NCBI GenBank assembly: GCA_030604855.1
Contig: JAUVVC010000012.1
Coordinates: 1 to 31,413 of the forward strand
Source: Erysipelotrichaceae bacterium
GTDB lineage: Bacteria > Bacillota_I > Bacilli_A > Erysipelotrichales > Erysipelotrichaceae
Direction: 5' to 3'
Length of the DNA: 31,413 bases
Shown here: positions 17,089-25,512 of the stretch, piece by piece
Position numbering within the stretch: the first letter of the stretch is position 1
Layout: each line of letters begins with the position of its first letter
Notes under the pieces: generated by a model
What the model was told of the DNA's origin: nothing
The model's database searches: none
Seen by the model: only the letters and a program-made list of their open reading frames with translations
Translations under genes and position numbers: made by a program

Positions 17089-18604
17089 ACTTTCTTTGCA
17101 ATACAACAGAATTGGATGCTTCTATTTCTATATACTGTGGATTGAGTCGAGCTTTCTTTGTACTTAAATGATAGATCTGCTCAACAATCTTGTATTCACT
17201 GAAATCATATTTAAGCGTCACTTTTTCTTCTGCTAAGTTATGGATCACAATCACAGCATCAGTTTCATTGGATGATTTGATGGCATACACATTCGGGTGG
17301 AGCTCAAGCGCTTCCAAATCACCTTCTGTAATCACATCGAATGTATTCTTGATGCGTGTAAGATTTTTGTAGTGATTCAACAAGGAATTTTTATCCTTCA
17401 ATTGTTCATCAACACCTGCTGCCAACTCATTCTTATAGTCTGCAGCACTTGGACCAAGTGTCTGCCCTGTTTTATCACTTAAACTCCAGATCATCGGCAA
17501 GCGCTTGTTTTCATCTTTACCACTGCCACGCATCGCAATCTCTTCACCATAATAGATGAAAGAACGTCCAGGCATCAAGAGATAAAGACTCGCCATTTGT
17601 TTCATTGCGATGACTTGGTCACTCTTGAAATAAGCAGCACTTCGACCTTGGTCATGATTAGAAATGAACGGCGCATCCAGCGCATCGGGATTGATAGCCT
17701 TGACTTGCGCTTGATAATTAACCAAAGCTGTCGCAAGGTCTTGACCTTTCTTCGATCGTATCGTCGACGCAATCTTACCATCTGCCGCAGACAAGCCAAA
17801 ATTGAAGAAACTTTCAACACCACTTTGATAGTACTTCAATACCGTACCTTCACTGGACCATGCCTCGCCAATGATATAGGCATCTTCTTTATAGCTTTTG
17901 GCAGTATCACTTACCCAAGCTAAGAATTCATTGTTTCGAGGCACATCTTGATTGTAGAAGGATGTGACCGCATCTAAACGGAAACCTTTGACACCCTTGT
18001 CCAACCAAAATTTCATGATGGACGCGAATTCTTCACGAAGCTTAGGATTATCTAAGTTGAAGTCAGGCATCTTATCCCAAAATAAGGCTTCATAGTAATA
18101 ACCTTTACCAATTGGATAGTATTTACCCTGAGCTTGTTCACTAAAGACATAATAATCACAGTATGATGGTTCCAAATCACATTCATCATTCAGCACCTGT
18201 CGTTTTGCTTCAATGAACCAAGGATGTTCACTAGAACTGTGATTCAAAACCAAATCAATAATGATATCGATTTTGTATTCATTTGCTTTTGCGATGAGAT
18301 TATCAAAGTCTTCCATCGTTCCATATTTCGGGTCAATCGCTTTGTAATCTGTCACATCATATTTATGATACGTTGGCGATGGGTGGATGGGCATCAACCA
18401 TAAGCCGCCAACACCCATCTCATTGAGATAAGGCAGTTTCGCTTCGACACCCTTAAGATCACCCATTCCATCCTCATTGGTATCATAAAAAGATCCAACA
18501 AAGATTTCATAATACACATAGTTCTTATCCGAACGAATCGGCGTGCTTGTACACGCCGTTAATAAGCCGATTATCAATGAAAGAAAAAATAGTTTTTTTA
18601 ACAT
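17087..18604 (-). CDS. GH13 alpha-amylase-family glycosidase, lipoprotein
   Basis: Lipobox LLTAC. GH13 regions DLVLNHSS, GFRLDAV, IIGEAW and FISNHDQ. Confidence 0.9.
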   Translation of the reverse strand: MLKKLFFLSLIIGLLTACTSTPIRSDKNYVYYEIFVGSFYDTNEDGMGDLKGVEAKLPYLNEMGVGGLWLMPIHPSPTYHKYDVTDYKAIDPKYGTMEDFDNLIAKANEYKIDIIIDLVLNHSSSEHPWFIEAKRQVLNDECDLEPSYCDYYVFSEQAQGKYYPIGKGYYYEALFWDKMPDFNLDNPKLREEFASIMKFWLDKGVKGFRLDAVTSFYNQDVPRNNEFLAWVSDTAKSYKEDAYIIGEAWSSEGTVLKYYQSGVESFFNFGLSAADGKIASTIRSKKGQDLATALVNYQAQVKAINPDALDAPFISNHDQGRSAAYFKSDQVIAMKQMASLYLLMPGRSFIYYGEEIAMRGSGKDENKRLPMIWSLSDKTGQTLGPSAADYKNELAAGVDEQLKDKNSLLNHYKNLTRIKNTFDVITEGDLEALELHPNVYAIKSSNETDAVIVIHNLAEEKVTLKYDFSEYKIVEQIYHLSTKKARLNPQYIEIEASNSVVLQRK

Positions 18605-18605
18605 A

Positions 18606-19460
18606 CTAACCCTTTACTGAGCCACCTGTAATTCCACTCACATAATACTTTTGCATATAGATAAAGAGAATGGTGATTGGGATGGCAATCAAGACCGCAC
18701 CTGCCGCAAAGCGTGTGAAGTATTGATAGATATTTTCACGCGATAACATTTGGAACAAACCTAAAGCAACCGTGTAATTTTGATAATTATCCTTCATGAT
18801 GACACTTACGAAAATGAAATCAACCCAAGGGCCAATGAAAGCCATCAAAATCGTATAAACGACAATTGGTTTGGATAATGGCAAGGTGATCTTCCAGAAA
18901 ATGGTATTCTTACTAGCCCCATCCAACATCGCGGACTCATCAATCGCCTTTGGAATCGTATCGAAGAAACCCTTCGAGATGTAATATCCCAAAGCAGCGC
19001 CTCCAGAGTAAACCAGAACCAAAGCGAATAGACTTTGCGTCAAACCAAATGCTTTAAGAATGTGATAGATTGCGATCATCGACATGAATCCTGGAAACAT
19101 CCCCAATACCAAAGCAATGTTCATCATCGGTTTACGCATCTTGAAACGTAAGCGACTCAAAGCATAACTTGTCAATAACACAATAACCGTTGAAATGATA
19201 CAACTGAAGATCGCCACAATCAAGGTATTCATGAACCAACGTGGATAATTGAAGAGCGTCGTCTCTGTAAATAAACGCGTATAGTTATCTAAAGTAAATT
19301 CCTTGGGAATGATATAGGCTGTATAAGCACCTGGTTCCTTGCGGAAGGAAGACATGATCAACCAAACAATCGGAAGTAGCCAAATGAAGGACAAACCAGA
19401 TAAAATCGCATAAATTAAGGCGTTGCCAGCTTTCGCGCGTGCTTTCATGCTTTTCATCAT
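18606..19460 (-). CDS. CUT1 sugar ABC transporter permease (MalG-like)
   Basis: 284 aa with 6 TM segments. EAA-like loop ...DESAMLDGASKNTIFWKITLP.... Confidence 0.9.
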   Translation of the reverse strand: MMKSMKARAKAGNALIYAILSGLSFIWLLPIVWLIMSSFRKEPGAYTAYIIPKEFTLDNYTRLFTETTLFNYPRWFMNTLIVAIFSCIISTVIVLLTSYALSRLRFKMRKPMMNIALVLGMFPGFMSMIAIYHILKAFGLTQSLFALVLVYSGGAALGYYISKGFFDTIPKAIDESAMLDGASKNTIFWKITLPLSKPIVVYTILMAFIGPWVDFIFVSVIMKDNYQNYTVALGLFQMLSRENIYQYFTRFAAGAVLIAIPITILFIYMQKYYVSGITGGSVKG

Positions 19461-20830
19461 TGGAAATCATCCTCCTTTTGTGTTGAAGCGGTCTTATTGA
19501 ATACGATTAATGAGAAGAAGGCACTCAACATGAAGATGAAGATCCCAATCGTTGAAGCCAATGAATAGTTTTGTTCATTCACCGTCAGTTTATAAAGCCA
19601 AGTAACCAAGAGGTCGGTCTTCCCCGCTTGGAAGTATTCCAAGGAAAGTGGACCACCACGGGTCAAGAGATAAATGACATTGAAGTTGTTAATATTACCA
19701 ATAAACTGCGTAATCAAATAGGGTCCCGTCACAAACAACATATACGGTAAGGTGATCTTCCAGAACTGGACCCATGCGTTTGCCCCATCAATCTTGGCGC
19801 TTTCATAAAGATCCGTAGGAATGTTCATCAAGATACCGGATGTGATCAACATCGAATAAGGTACCCCTACCCAAAGGTTGACGACGATGACCGTGATTTT
19901 CGCCATGGTCGGATCGGATAAGAACGGTAAGAACTTATCAATCAGATTCATCTCTTGCAAGATGACATTCAAAGTTCCTTGGTCTGCCAACAATTGCGAC
20001 ATCAACATCAAACTGACGAATTGAGGTACGGCAATCGTAATGACGAAGATTGTTCGCCAGAATTTCTTGAGCTTGATGCCCTTTTTATTGATCATGATTG
20101 CCAGAACCATACCAAAGATATAGTTCAAGACTGTCGCAAACACGGCCCAAATCAGCGTCCAAATCAATAAATCAATAAAGGTCTTGGACTTCAGTGGATC
20201 TTTCCATAAAGCAGCGGTAAAGTTTTCAAACCCGACCCACGTAAACAGATTTCCTGGAGGTTGGTGAAAACGGTCAAAGTTCGTAAATGCAAGCAGAATC
20301 ATGAACACTAAAGGAACGATGGTAAACAAGAAGGTCAGAAAGACAGGTAATGTTAGTACCGTGATGTGATATTTTTCATTCAAATACACATCAATCTCTT
20401 GTCTGAAATTCAGAGGTTTCTTGCCAGCTTCCAAGGTCATCTGGTTCTGATAGGAGCCCGAGACACTCATCCAATAGACCATCACGAAAGCAAGGACCAC
20501 GAAAATCGCCGCAACCCCAAACAACAACATCAACATCGAGTTGTCTCCAGCTTGGACGACGAAGATGCCACGTTCTTCACTCCAGACACGTTCTTGAAGT
20601 TTGGTTCCCAGTGTTCGCAAACCAAGAATGCTGGAAATACCCGACACCAACATGTAATAGATGAAAATAAGTTGAACCCCTAAATAAGCTGCACCTTTTA
20701 CCCATTGCCCGCGCAAAAATTGTCCCAAGCCCATGACAAAATAAGATGCCTTGGTGATGATGTCTCCTTGCGAGAAATGCGTAAAAAATAAACCAATCCG
20801 TTTCCCAAATGCTTTAAGTCCATTCGTCAT
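19457..20830 (-). CDS. CUT1 sugar ABC transporter permease (MalF-like, extended N-terminus)
   Basis: EAA loop ...YESAKIDGANAWVQFWKITLP.... Start set to the ATG at 20830, behind AAGGGTGG. The track's TTG at 20863 lies inside the upstream hairpin. Confidence 0.8.
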   Translation of the reverse strand: MTNGLKAFGKRIGLFFTHFSQGDIITKASYFVMGLGQFLRGQWVKGAAYLGVQLIFIYYMLVSGISSILGLRTLGTKLQERVWSEERGIFVVQAGDNSMLMLLFGVAAIFVVLAFVMVYWMSVSGSYQNQMTLEAGKKPLNFRQEIDVYLNEKYHITVLTLPVFLTFLFTIVPLVFMILLAFTNFDRFHQPPGNLFTWVGFENFTAALWKDPLKSKTFIDLLIWTLIWAVFATVLNYIFGMVLAIMINKKGIKLKKFWRTIFVITIAVPQFVSLMLMSQLLADQGTLNVILQEMNLIDKFLPFLSDPTMAKITVIVVNLWVGVPYSMLITSGILMNIPTDLYESAKIDGANAWVQFWKITLPYMLFVTGPYLITQFIGNINNFNVIYLLTRGGPLSLEYFQAGKTDLLVTWLYKLTVNEQNYSLASTIGIFIFMLSAFFSLIVFNKTASTQKEDDFQ

Positions 20831-20857
20831 TTGCGTACCACCCTTCATTAAGAAGAA

Positions 20858-20881
20858 GGGCAATATGAAACCATATTGCCC
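20858..20881 (-). terminator. Intra-operon hairpin/attenuator between the binding-protein and permease genes
   Basis: GGGCAATAT (20858-20866) pairs with ATATTGCCC (20873-20881): 9 bp with a 6-nt loop. UUCUUCUU follows on the minus strand. Confidence 0.55.
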
Positions 20882-20905
20882 TTGATAAGAATCCTTGTAT
20901 TAAGC

Positions 20906-22102
20906 TTATTCGCCAGCAGCTTGTGATACTAAAGCGTCAAGCATTGCTTGAATGGACATTGTGTAGTCTTTGTTTTCAAGTGCTAAACCGAAGGCTTCAG
21001 CAGGTCCCCAATAGGTTCCAGCCACACTGTTTTGGCTGATTGCAAATGGTGCTTGTTGAGCCAAAGCGGACAACGCAACGTCTGCAAGAACAGCTTCATT
21101 TTGAGCCGCATTCTTGTTGGAAGGACCTAATTTACGCGTTTCGAAACGTTTGATTTGGTTTGCTTCATTGGTCAAGAATTCAGCTAAAGCCATTGCTTCT
21201 TCTGGGAAAGCCGTTAAGCTGTTGACACCCATCAATTTGAAACCAGCAAAGCTGCCCAATTGAGTCGCAACACCACCCAAAGTGTATTCAGGCAACTTTG
21301 TCGCCGCATAGTTCGCACCTAGGATTGTGGAGATATCGCCAGCATTCCAAGTTCCGGAAACACCAGCCGCAATGGTTGTGCCCATGCCAGCTTTGAAGAT
21401 GTTGTCGTCGCCTGTTAAGAAAGCAGGATGTGCTGTGAATGCTTTGATCGCTTCACCGACTTTGACGCCTGTTTCATTGTTGAAGTCCAAGACTTGTTTG
21501 CCATCAACCATCGAGAAGGTATTACCTGCACCGATGAAGAATGAAGCAATATACCAACCGTTGGATACATCGAAGAATACCTTCTTACCCGCAGCTTGAG
21601 CAACTTCCAACATTTTGTCTAAAGATTTGACATCTTCTTCACTGTAGACACTCTTGTCATAATACATGAAGTAACCATTGTCAGCAGTCATTGGGTAACC
21701 GTAAAGTTTACCATCAACTGTCGCAGCATCAACTGCAGATTGGATGTTAGCAGCAACAATCGCATCTTTGTTGATTGTGACTTCATACAATGCACCAGCA
21801 TTGACGAGGTCCATGACCTGGTCATTTGGATAAGCGAATACGTCAGCTGCAGCTTCTGGATCTTCCAAATACTTTGTACGTGCGTCAGGTTCACCAACGA
21901 CGCCCAATTCGATCGTCCAATTGACGCCCGTATTGGCAGCTTTAAACGCTTCAACCATTTCGCCAAGCATTGCTTGGTCATCTTGAGAACCCCACACTTT
22001 CAAGGTGACGTCCTTCACTTCCGCAACAGGTTCTTCAGCTTTACATGCAACAAGTGATGTAGCCAAGAGAAGTGTCGCTAAAAGAATAAGTAACTTCTTC
22101 AT
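20906..22102 (-). CDS. CUT1 sugar (maltodextrin-type) ABC substrate-binding lipoprotein
   Basis: Lipobox LVAC. 398 aa family-1 SBP. Substrate inferred only from the linked GH13 gene. GGGAGG SD. Confidence 0.8.
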   Translation of the reverse strand: MKKLLILLATLLLATSLVACKAEEPVAEVKDVTLKVWGSQDDQAMLGEMVEAFKAANTGVNWTIELGVVGEPDARTKYLEDPEAAADVFAYPNDQVMDLVNAGALYEVTINKDAIVAANIQSAVDAATVDGKLYGYPMTADNGYFMYYDKSVYSEEDVKSLDKMLEVAQAAGKKVFFDVSNGWYIASFFIGAGNTFSMVDGKQVLDFNNETGVKVGEAIKAFTAHPAFLTGDDNIFKAGMGTTIAAGVSGTWNAGDISTILGANYAATKLPEYTLGGVATQLGSFAGFKLMGVNSLTAFPEEAMALAEFLTNEANQIKRFETRKLGPSNKNAAQNEAVLADVALSALAQQAPFAISQNSVAGTYWGPAEAFGLALENKDYTMSIQAMLDALVSQAAGE

Positions 22103-22126
22103 TATATGCCTCCCTATCTAAACACA

Positions 22127-22140
22127 TGTAAGTGTTTACA
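22127..22140. promoter_or_regulatory. cre-like / LacI-family operator at the predicted transcription start of the mal-type operon
   Basis: TGTAAGTGTTTACA on the plus strand. One central mismatch to the cre consensus. It differs by a single base from the 10449-10462 site. Confidence 0.5.
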
Positions 22141-22145
22141 TCTAG

Positions 22146-22174
22146 AATATAGCATTATAAAAACAAGTATACAA
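22146..22174 (-). promoter_or_regulatory. Promoter of the mal-type operon
   Basis: Minus strand: TTGTAT (22174-22169), 17-nt spacer ending in TGc, TATATT (22151-22146). Confidence 0.5.
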
Positions 22175-22239
22175 CCGATTTACCCAATGAATCTTATTAC
22201 ATTAATCTGAAAATTTTCACACAATTTTCACCGTAAAAT

Positions 22240-22857
22240 CTATTTTTGACTTAGTTTTTCTTTAAAAACACGTATCGGCTGAGCTCCCCTGATGCTTGTC
22301 CCATCTTCAAACAAGAAGTAAGGTACGCCTGAAATGCGTAAGTTCTGAGCTTCCAATAAATCACTCTGAAGTTCAGACGCATGGACCTTTGATGCAAAAA
22401 GTTCTTGAACAGCTTCCATTGTAATACCAAAATCTTGTGCAATAATGCTCAAATCATTCACATCCGAGAGATTCTTACCTTCAATGAAATACGCATGATA
22501 CAGCGCTTCATTCAATGCTTTCTTGTGTTTGTTCTTTGCCAGCTTTAGTAAACGGTGAGCAGTGCTTGTGTTTGTCGCCTGAACCAAATCATAGCGATAA
22601 TGTAAACCCACGGTCTTTGCACGCTGAACGACACCATCCACCATCTGCTTTGCTTCATCCTGTGAGACACGATATTTACGCGCCAATGCTTTCTCTGTGC
22701 TTTCAGAACTCACCAAAGGTGCATTGGGATCCAATAAAAAGGCTTTGTATTCAATTTCCACATCATTCAAATTCAACTCATCGATGGCTTGTTGCAAAAC
22801 CGTCTTTCCGATGTAACAGAAAGGACAACTGTAATCTGCCCATATTTTGATTTTCAT
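22240..22857 (-). CDS. DsbA/FrnE-family thiol:disulfide oxidoreductase
   Basis: IWADYSCPFCYIGK thioredoxin-fold CPxC motif at the N-terminus. 205 aa. Confidence 0.85.
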   Translation of the reverse strand: MKIKIWADYSCPFCYIGKTVLQQAIDELNLNDVEIEYKAFLLDPNAPLVSSESTEKALARKYRVSQDEAKQMVDGVVQRAKTVGLHYRYDLVQATNTSTAHRLLKLAKNKHKKALNEALYHAYFIEGKNLSDVNDLSIIAQDFGITMEAVQELFASKVHASELQSDLLEAQNLRISGVPYFLFEDGTSIRGAQPIRVFKEKLSQK

Positions 22858-22925
22858 CGTTAATCACCTCATGACTAGCTTAACGCAATTACTTTCTTTT
22901 TAATAGTAATTTGACTTGAGCTTTA

Positions 22926-22934
22926 TGCTAAACT
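22926..22934 (+). promoter_or_regulatory. Extended -10 element placed for a leaderless GNAT transcript
   Basis: TGcTAAACT (22926-22934), then 6 nt, then the A of the ATG at 22941. No SD upstream. TTGACT at 22911-22916 is only 12 nt away, too close to serve as a -35. Confidence 0.35.
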
Positions 22935-22940
22935 AAAAGC

Positions 22941-23480
22941 ATGATACAGGGTGAGCGAATCTACTTAAGAGCTTTTAATCAACACGATGATCAACGAATC
23001 TTACAATATGAGCTTAAGAATCGTCTTTTTTTCAAGCCCTATGTTTTCACACGTTCGGACCAATACTACACCCTTGCCAACATCCGTAAATACATACAAT
23101 CCTATGCTCAACAAGCACAAAACAAAGAAAGTTACCGCTATGGCATTTTTCTCAATGCGAATCACCAACTCATAGGAACCATCGCCTTGAACGATATCCT
23201 ATGGCCACTACGTTGTGCCTACATCGGTTACGCCTTGGACGAAGACCATAATAAAAAGGGCTATATGAGTGAGGCCCTTAAACTTATGATTCACGAAGCA
23301 TTCATCACCCTTAATCTCCATCGCTTAGAAGCCGGCGTCATGCCCAGCAACACAGCCTCTTGGCAACTGCTGGAGAAACATGGTTTCGAGCGTGAAGGCT
23401 TGATGCGCAAGAACGTGCATATCAACGGTCAGTGGGAAGATCACTATCACTATGCCCTTATCAATCCTAACGACCAGTAA
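22941..23480 (+). CDS. GNAT-family N-acetyltransferase (RimJ/RimL-like)
   Basis: 179 aa. ...IGYALDEDHNKKGYMSEAL... acetyl-CoA-binding region. ...LHRLEAGVMPSN.AS..LLEK.GFEREG... tail typical of the RimJ/L subgroup. Confidence 0.85.
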   Translation: MIQGERIYLRAFNQHDDQRILQYELKNRLFFKPYVFTRSDQYYTLANIRKYIQSYAQQAQNKESYRYGIFLNANHQLIGTIALNDILWPLRCAYIGYALDEDHNKKGYMSEALKLMIHEAFITLNLHRLEAGVMPSNTASWQLLEKHGFEREGLMRKNVHINGQWEDHYHYALINPNDQ

Positions 23481-25512
23481 TGATGTCCACGGGATCCAGG
23501 ATGTTGATGTGATAGGTCAAGGTGAATACGATGACCAAGTTGACCAATGCAAGCAGACTGATGACTTCGATAAAGTGACCCATTCCTAAACTGAAGACAT
23601 CATAGTGAAAGTACGCGATGAAGGTATCGTAGAAATGCACCTTGAATATGAAATTCAAGACATCGATCATATACGGAACCATCCCTAAAACCAACAACAC
23701 AATCAATAAACCAACAAAGAGGACTTCGATCATAAAGATCCATTGAACCTCTTTTATTTCGGCTCCCAACGCCCGTAGAATCCCAATCTGCTTCTTACGT
23801 TTCAAGATGCTCGACGCAATATAGTTCCCAAGGAAGATGAGCGCAAAATAACCAATAATCGGAACCAATACCGCCATGATCAAGGTCAACTCATGCCGTG
23901 TGTAACGATTCAAACGATCACTCACACGAGGCAGAAGCGTTATCGAACCCACCGTTTTCAAAGCTTCAATCAAGGCATGTGTATCTGTCTTCTCCGTCAT
24001 CTGAACACCATAACTCTCCAAGCGTGTCGGCAAGGGATTATAGCGTAGAAAACTGGCGTGGACATAAAGATTCGTGTAGCTGGTGTTCAAGATGCTTTGT
24101 TCTTTTCTTAAAAGCAGAGCCTCATCATAGACAATGCCCACGATCTTCAGGCGATGAAATGAACCCACATTCAGGAATTGATTGAGCAAAGCGGAATAAT
24201 CATGGATTGGCTTATTTTGAGACACCAGGATATATTGCGCTAAAGCACTTGAAATGACGACTTCAAAACGGTCTTCAGGCAAACGCCCGATTCTTTCGCG
24301 ATCCAATACTTTTATATTTGACACAAAGGTCAATGTCGCATCCTCAATGGCTTCCAGCAATGCTTCATTAGGCCGGATGACCACATCGCTTGCCAAAGCT
24401 TCGGGTCTATCAATCTTCAAACCGAGATCTTTGACACGCAACCAATCCTCACCCAGCCATAAATGTGTTTTGGGAAATAAGATGGCATGATTCTTTTCTG
24501 CAATACCTCGCAGTTTTAACACAGCTTCAGCGTTTAGCTTCTTTGGCGTAGAGGGATTAAGTTTAGGCGCAATGGTTTCTGCTAGCGTAAAAGGAATGGG
24601 CTCACTGAGCACCAACTGCGTCTGATGACTGAGATCCATCAAATCCCCCGTCACATCCGCACTGACATACAAGGCCGTATACACCGTCGAAAGAACCGCG
24701 ACTAAAAAGGATACGATCATGACCGTAACCAACAATCGCAGTTTATTCTGAACGATGTTTTCAAAACTCATTTTTGCTTTGAGTGATAAAGGCAAGCGTG
24801 CACGGATGGGCTTCGCCAACGTAATCACATCATCAAACGCATTGATCTGTGTATCTTCCTCCACACGCCCATCCTTGAGCGTGATGATTCGATCGCCATA
24901 CTGTTCAGCGTATTCACGGTCATGGGTAACGACAATAACCAATTTTTCTTGACTCAAACGTTTGAGAACCTCAAAGATCTGCTTAGAGCTTTGCGAATCC
25001 AGATTCCCTGTCGGTTCATCCGCCAAAATAATGGTTGGATCCTTAATCAAAGCTCGTGCAATGGCGACACGTTGTTTCTGCCCTCCGGAAAGCTCATCCA
25101 AACGTCGTTTTTCCAAACCATTCAAGTCCACGACTGAAAGCATATCCAAGATTTGCGATGGTTCTACGGGCTTGTTTTGTAAATGCAAGGCAAGTGCGAT
25201 GTTTTCATACACATCCAGGTTGTTCATCAAATTGTATTCTTGGAAAACAAAACCGATGTGGGTGTTGCGATAGATGGAACAGGTACGATCATCAAAGCGT
25301 TTCAATTCTTGACCATTGATGAGGATCTTACTGGTATTGGCAGAATCCAAGCCTCCCAAGATGTTCAAAAGACTGGATTTCCCACTTCCACTTTTACCCA
25401 AGATGAAAACAAGTCCACGTGCATTGAACTCTAAATTGATATGATCCAAAGCTTTGACTTTGATGCCAGACTTGCTTGTATAAGTTTTGTTTGCATTTAT
25501 GAGTTGAATCAT
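23467..25512 (-). CDS. Fused ABC ATPase / FtsX(MacB-type) permease with large extracytoplasmic domain
   Basis: Walker A GKSGSGKS, signature LSGGQKQR, Walker [13 protein letters not shown]-loop VTHD. TM1 lies near aa 258-283, followed by a roughly 258-aa non-hydrophobic domain. The FtsX core ([12 protein letters not shown]...) provides three C-terminal TM segments. Confidence 0.85.
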   Translation of the reverse strand: MIQLINANKTYTSKSGIKVKALDHINLEFNARGLVFILGKSGSGKSSLLNILGGLDSANTSKILINGQELKRFDDRTCSIYRNTHIGFVFQEYNLMNNLDVYENIALALHLQNKPVEPSQILDMLSVVDLNGLEKRRLDELSGGQKQRVAIARALIKDPTIILADEPTGNLDSQSSKQIFEVLKRLSQEKLVIVVTHDREYAEQYGDRIITLKDGRVEEDTQINAFDDVITLAKPIRARLPLSLKAKMSFENIVQNKLRLLVTVMIVSFLVAVLSTVYTALYVSADVTGDLMDLSHQTQLVLSEPIPFTLAETIAPKLNPSTPKKLNAEAVLKLRGIAEKNHAILFPKTHLWLGEDWLRVKDLGLKIDRPEALASDVVIRPNEALLEAIEDATLTFVSNIKVLDRERIGRLPEDRFEVVISSALAQYILVSQNKPIHDYSALLNQFLNVGSFHRLKIVGIVYDEALLLRKEQSILNTSYTNLYVHASFLRYNPLPTRLESYGVQMTEKTDTHALIEALKTVGSITLLPRVSDRLNRYTRHELTLIMAVLVPIIGYFALIFLGNYIASSILKRKKQIGILRALGAEIKEVQWIFMIEVLFVGLLIVLLVLGMVPYMIDVLNFIFKVHFYDTFIAYFHYDVFSLGMGHFIEVISLLALVNLVIVFTLTYHINILDPVDIITGR

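Noticed and set aside
20831-20863. TTG-initiated extension of the MalF-like permease (track start 20863).
   Set aside because: The start codon would sit inside the 20858-20881 hairpin and has no SD. The ATG at 20830 follows AAGGGTGG.
22209-22229. GAAAATT / AATTTTC hairpin downstream of the DsbA-like gene, considered as its terminator.
   Set aside because: The stem is almost entirely A-T with a single terminal G-C pair, and no clear U-run follows.
24962-25273. A 103-aa plus-strand ORF, and its look-alike at 26318-26548, share the conserved peptide RFPVGSS...[16 protein letters not shown].
   Set aside because: Both are antisense shadows of the conserved Walker B and signature region of the two paralogous ABC ATPase domains. 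The similarity is inherited from the sense strand and is not evidence of a gene.
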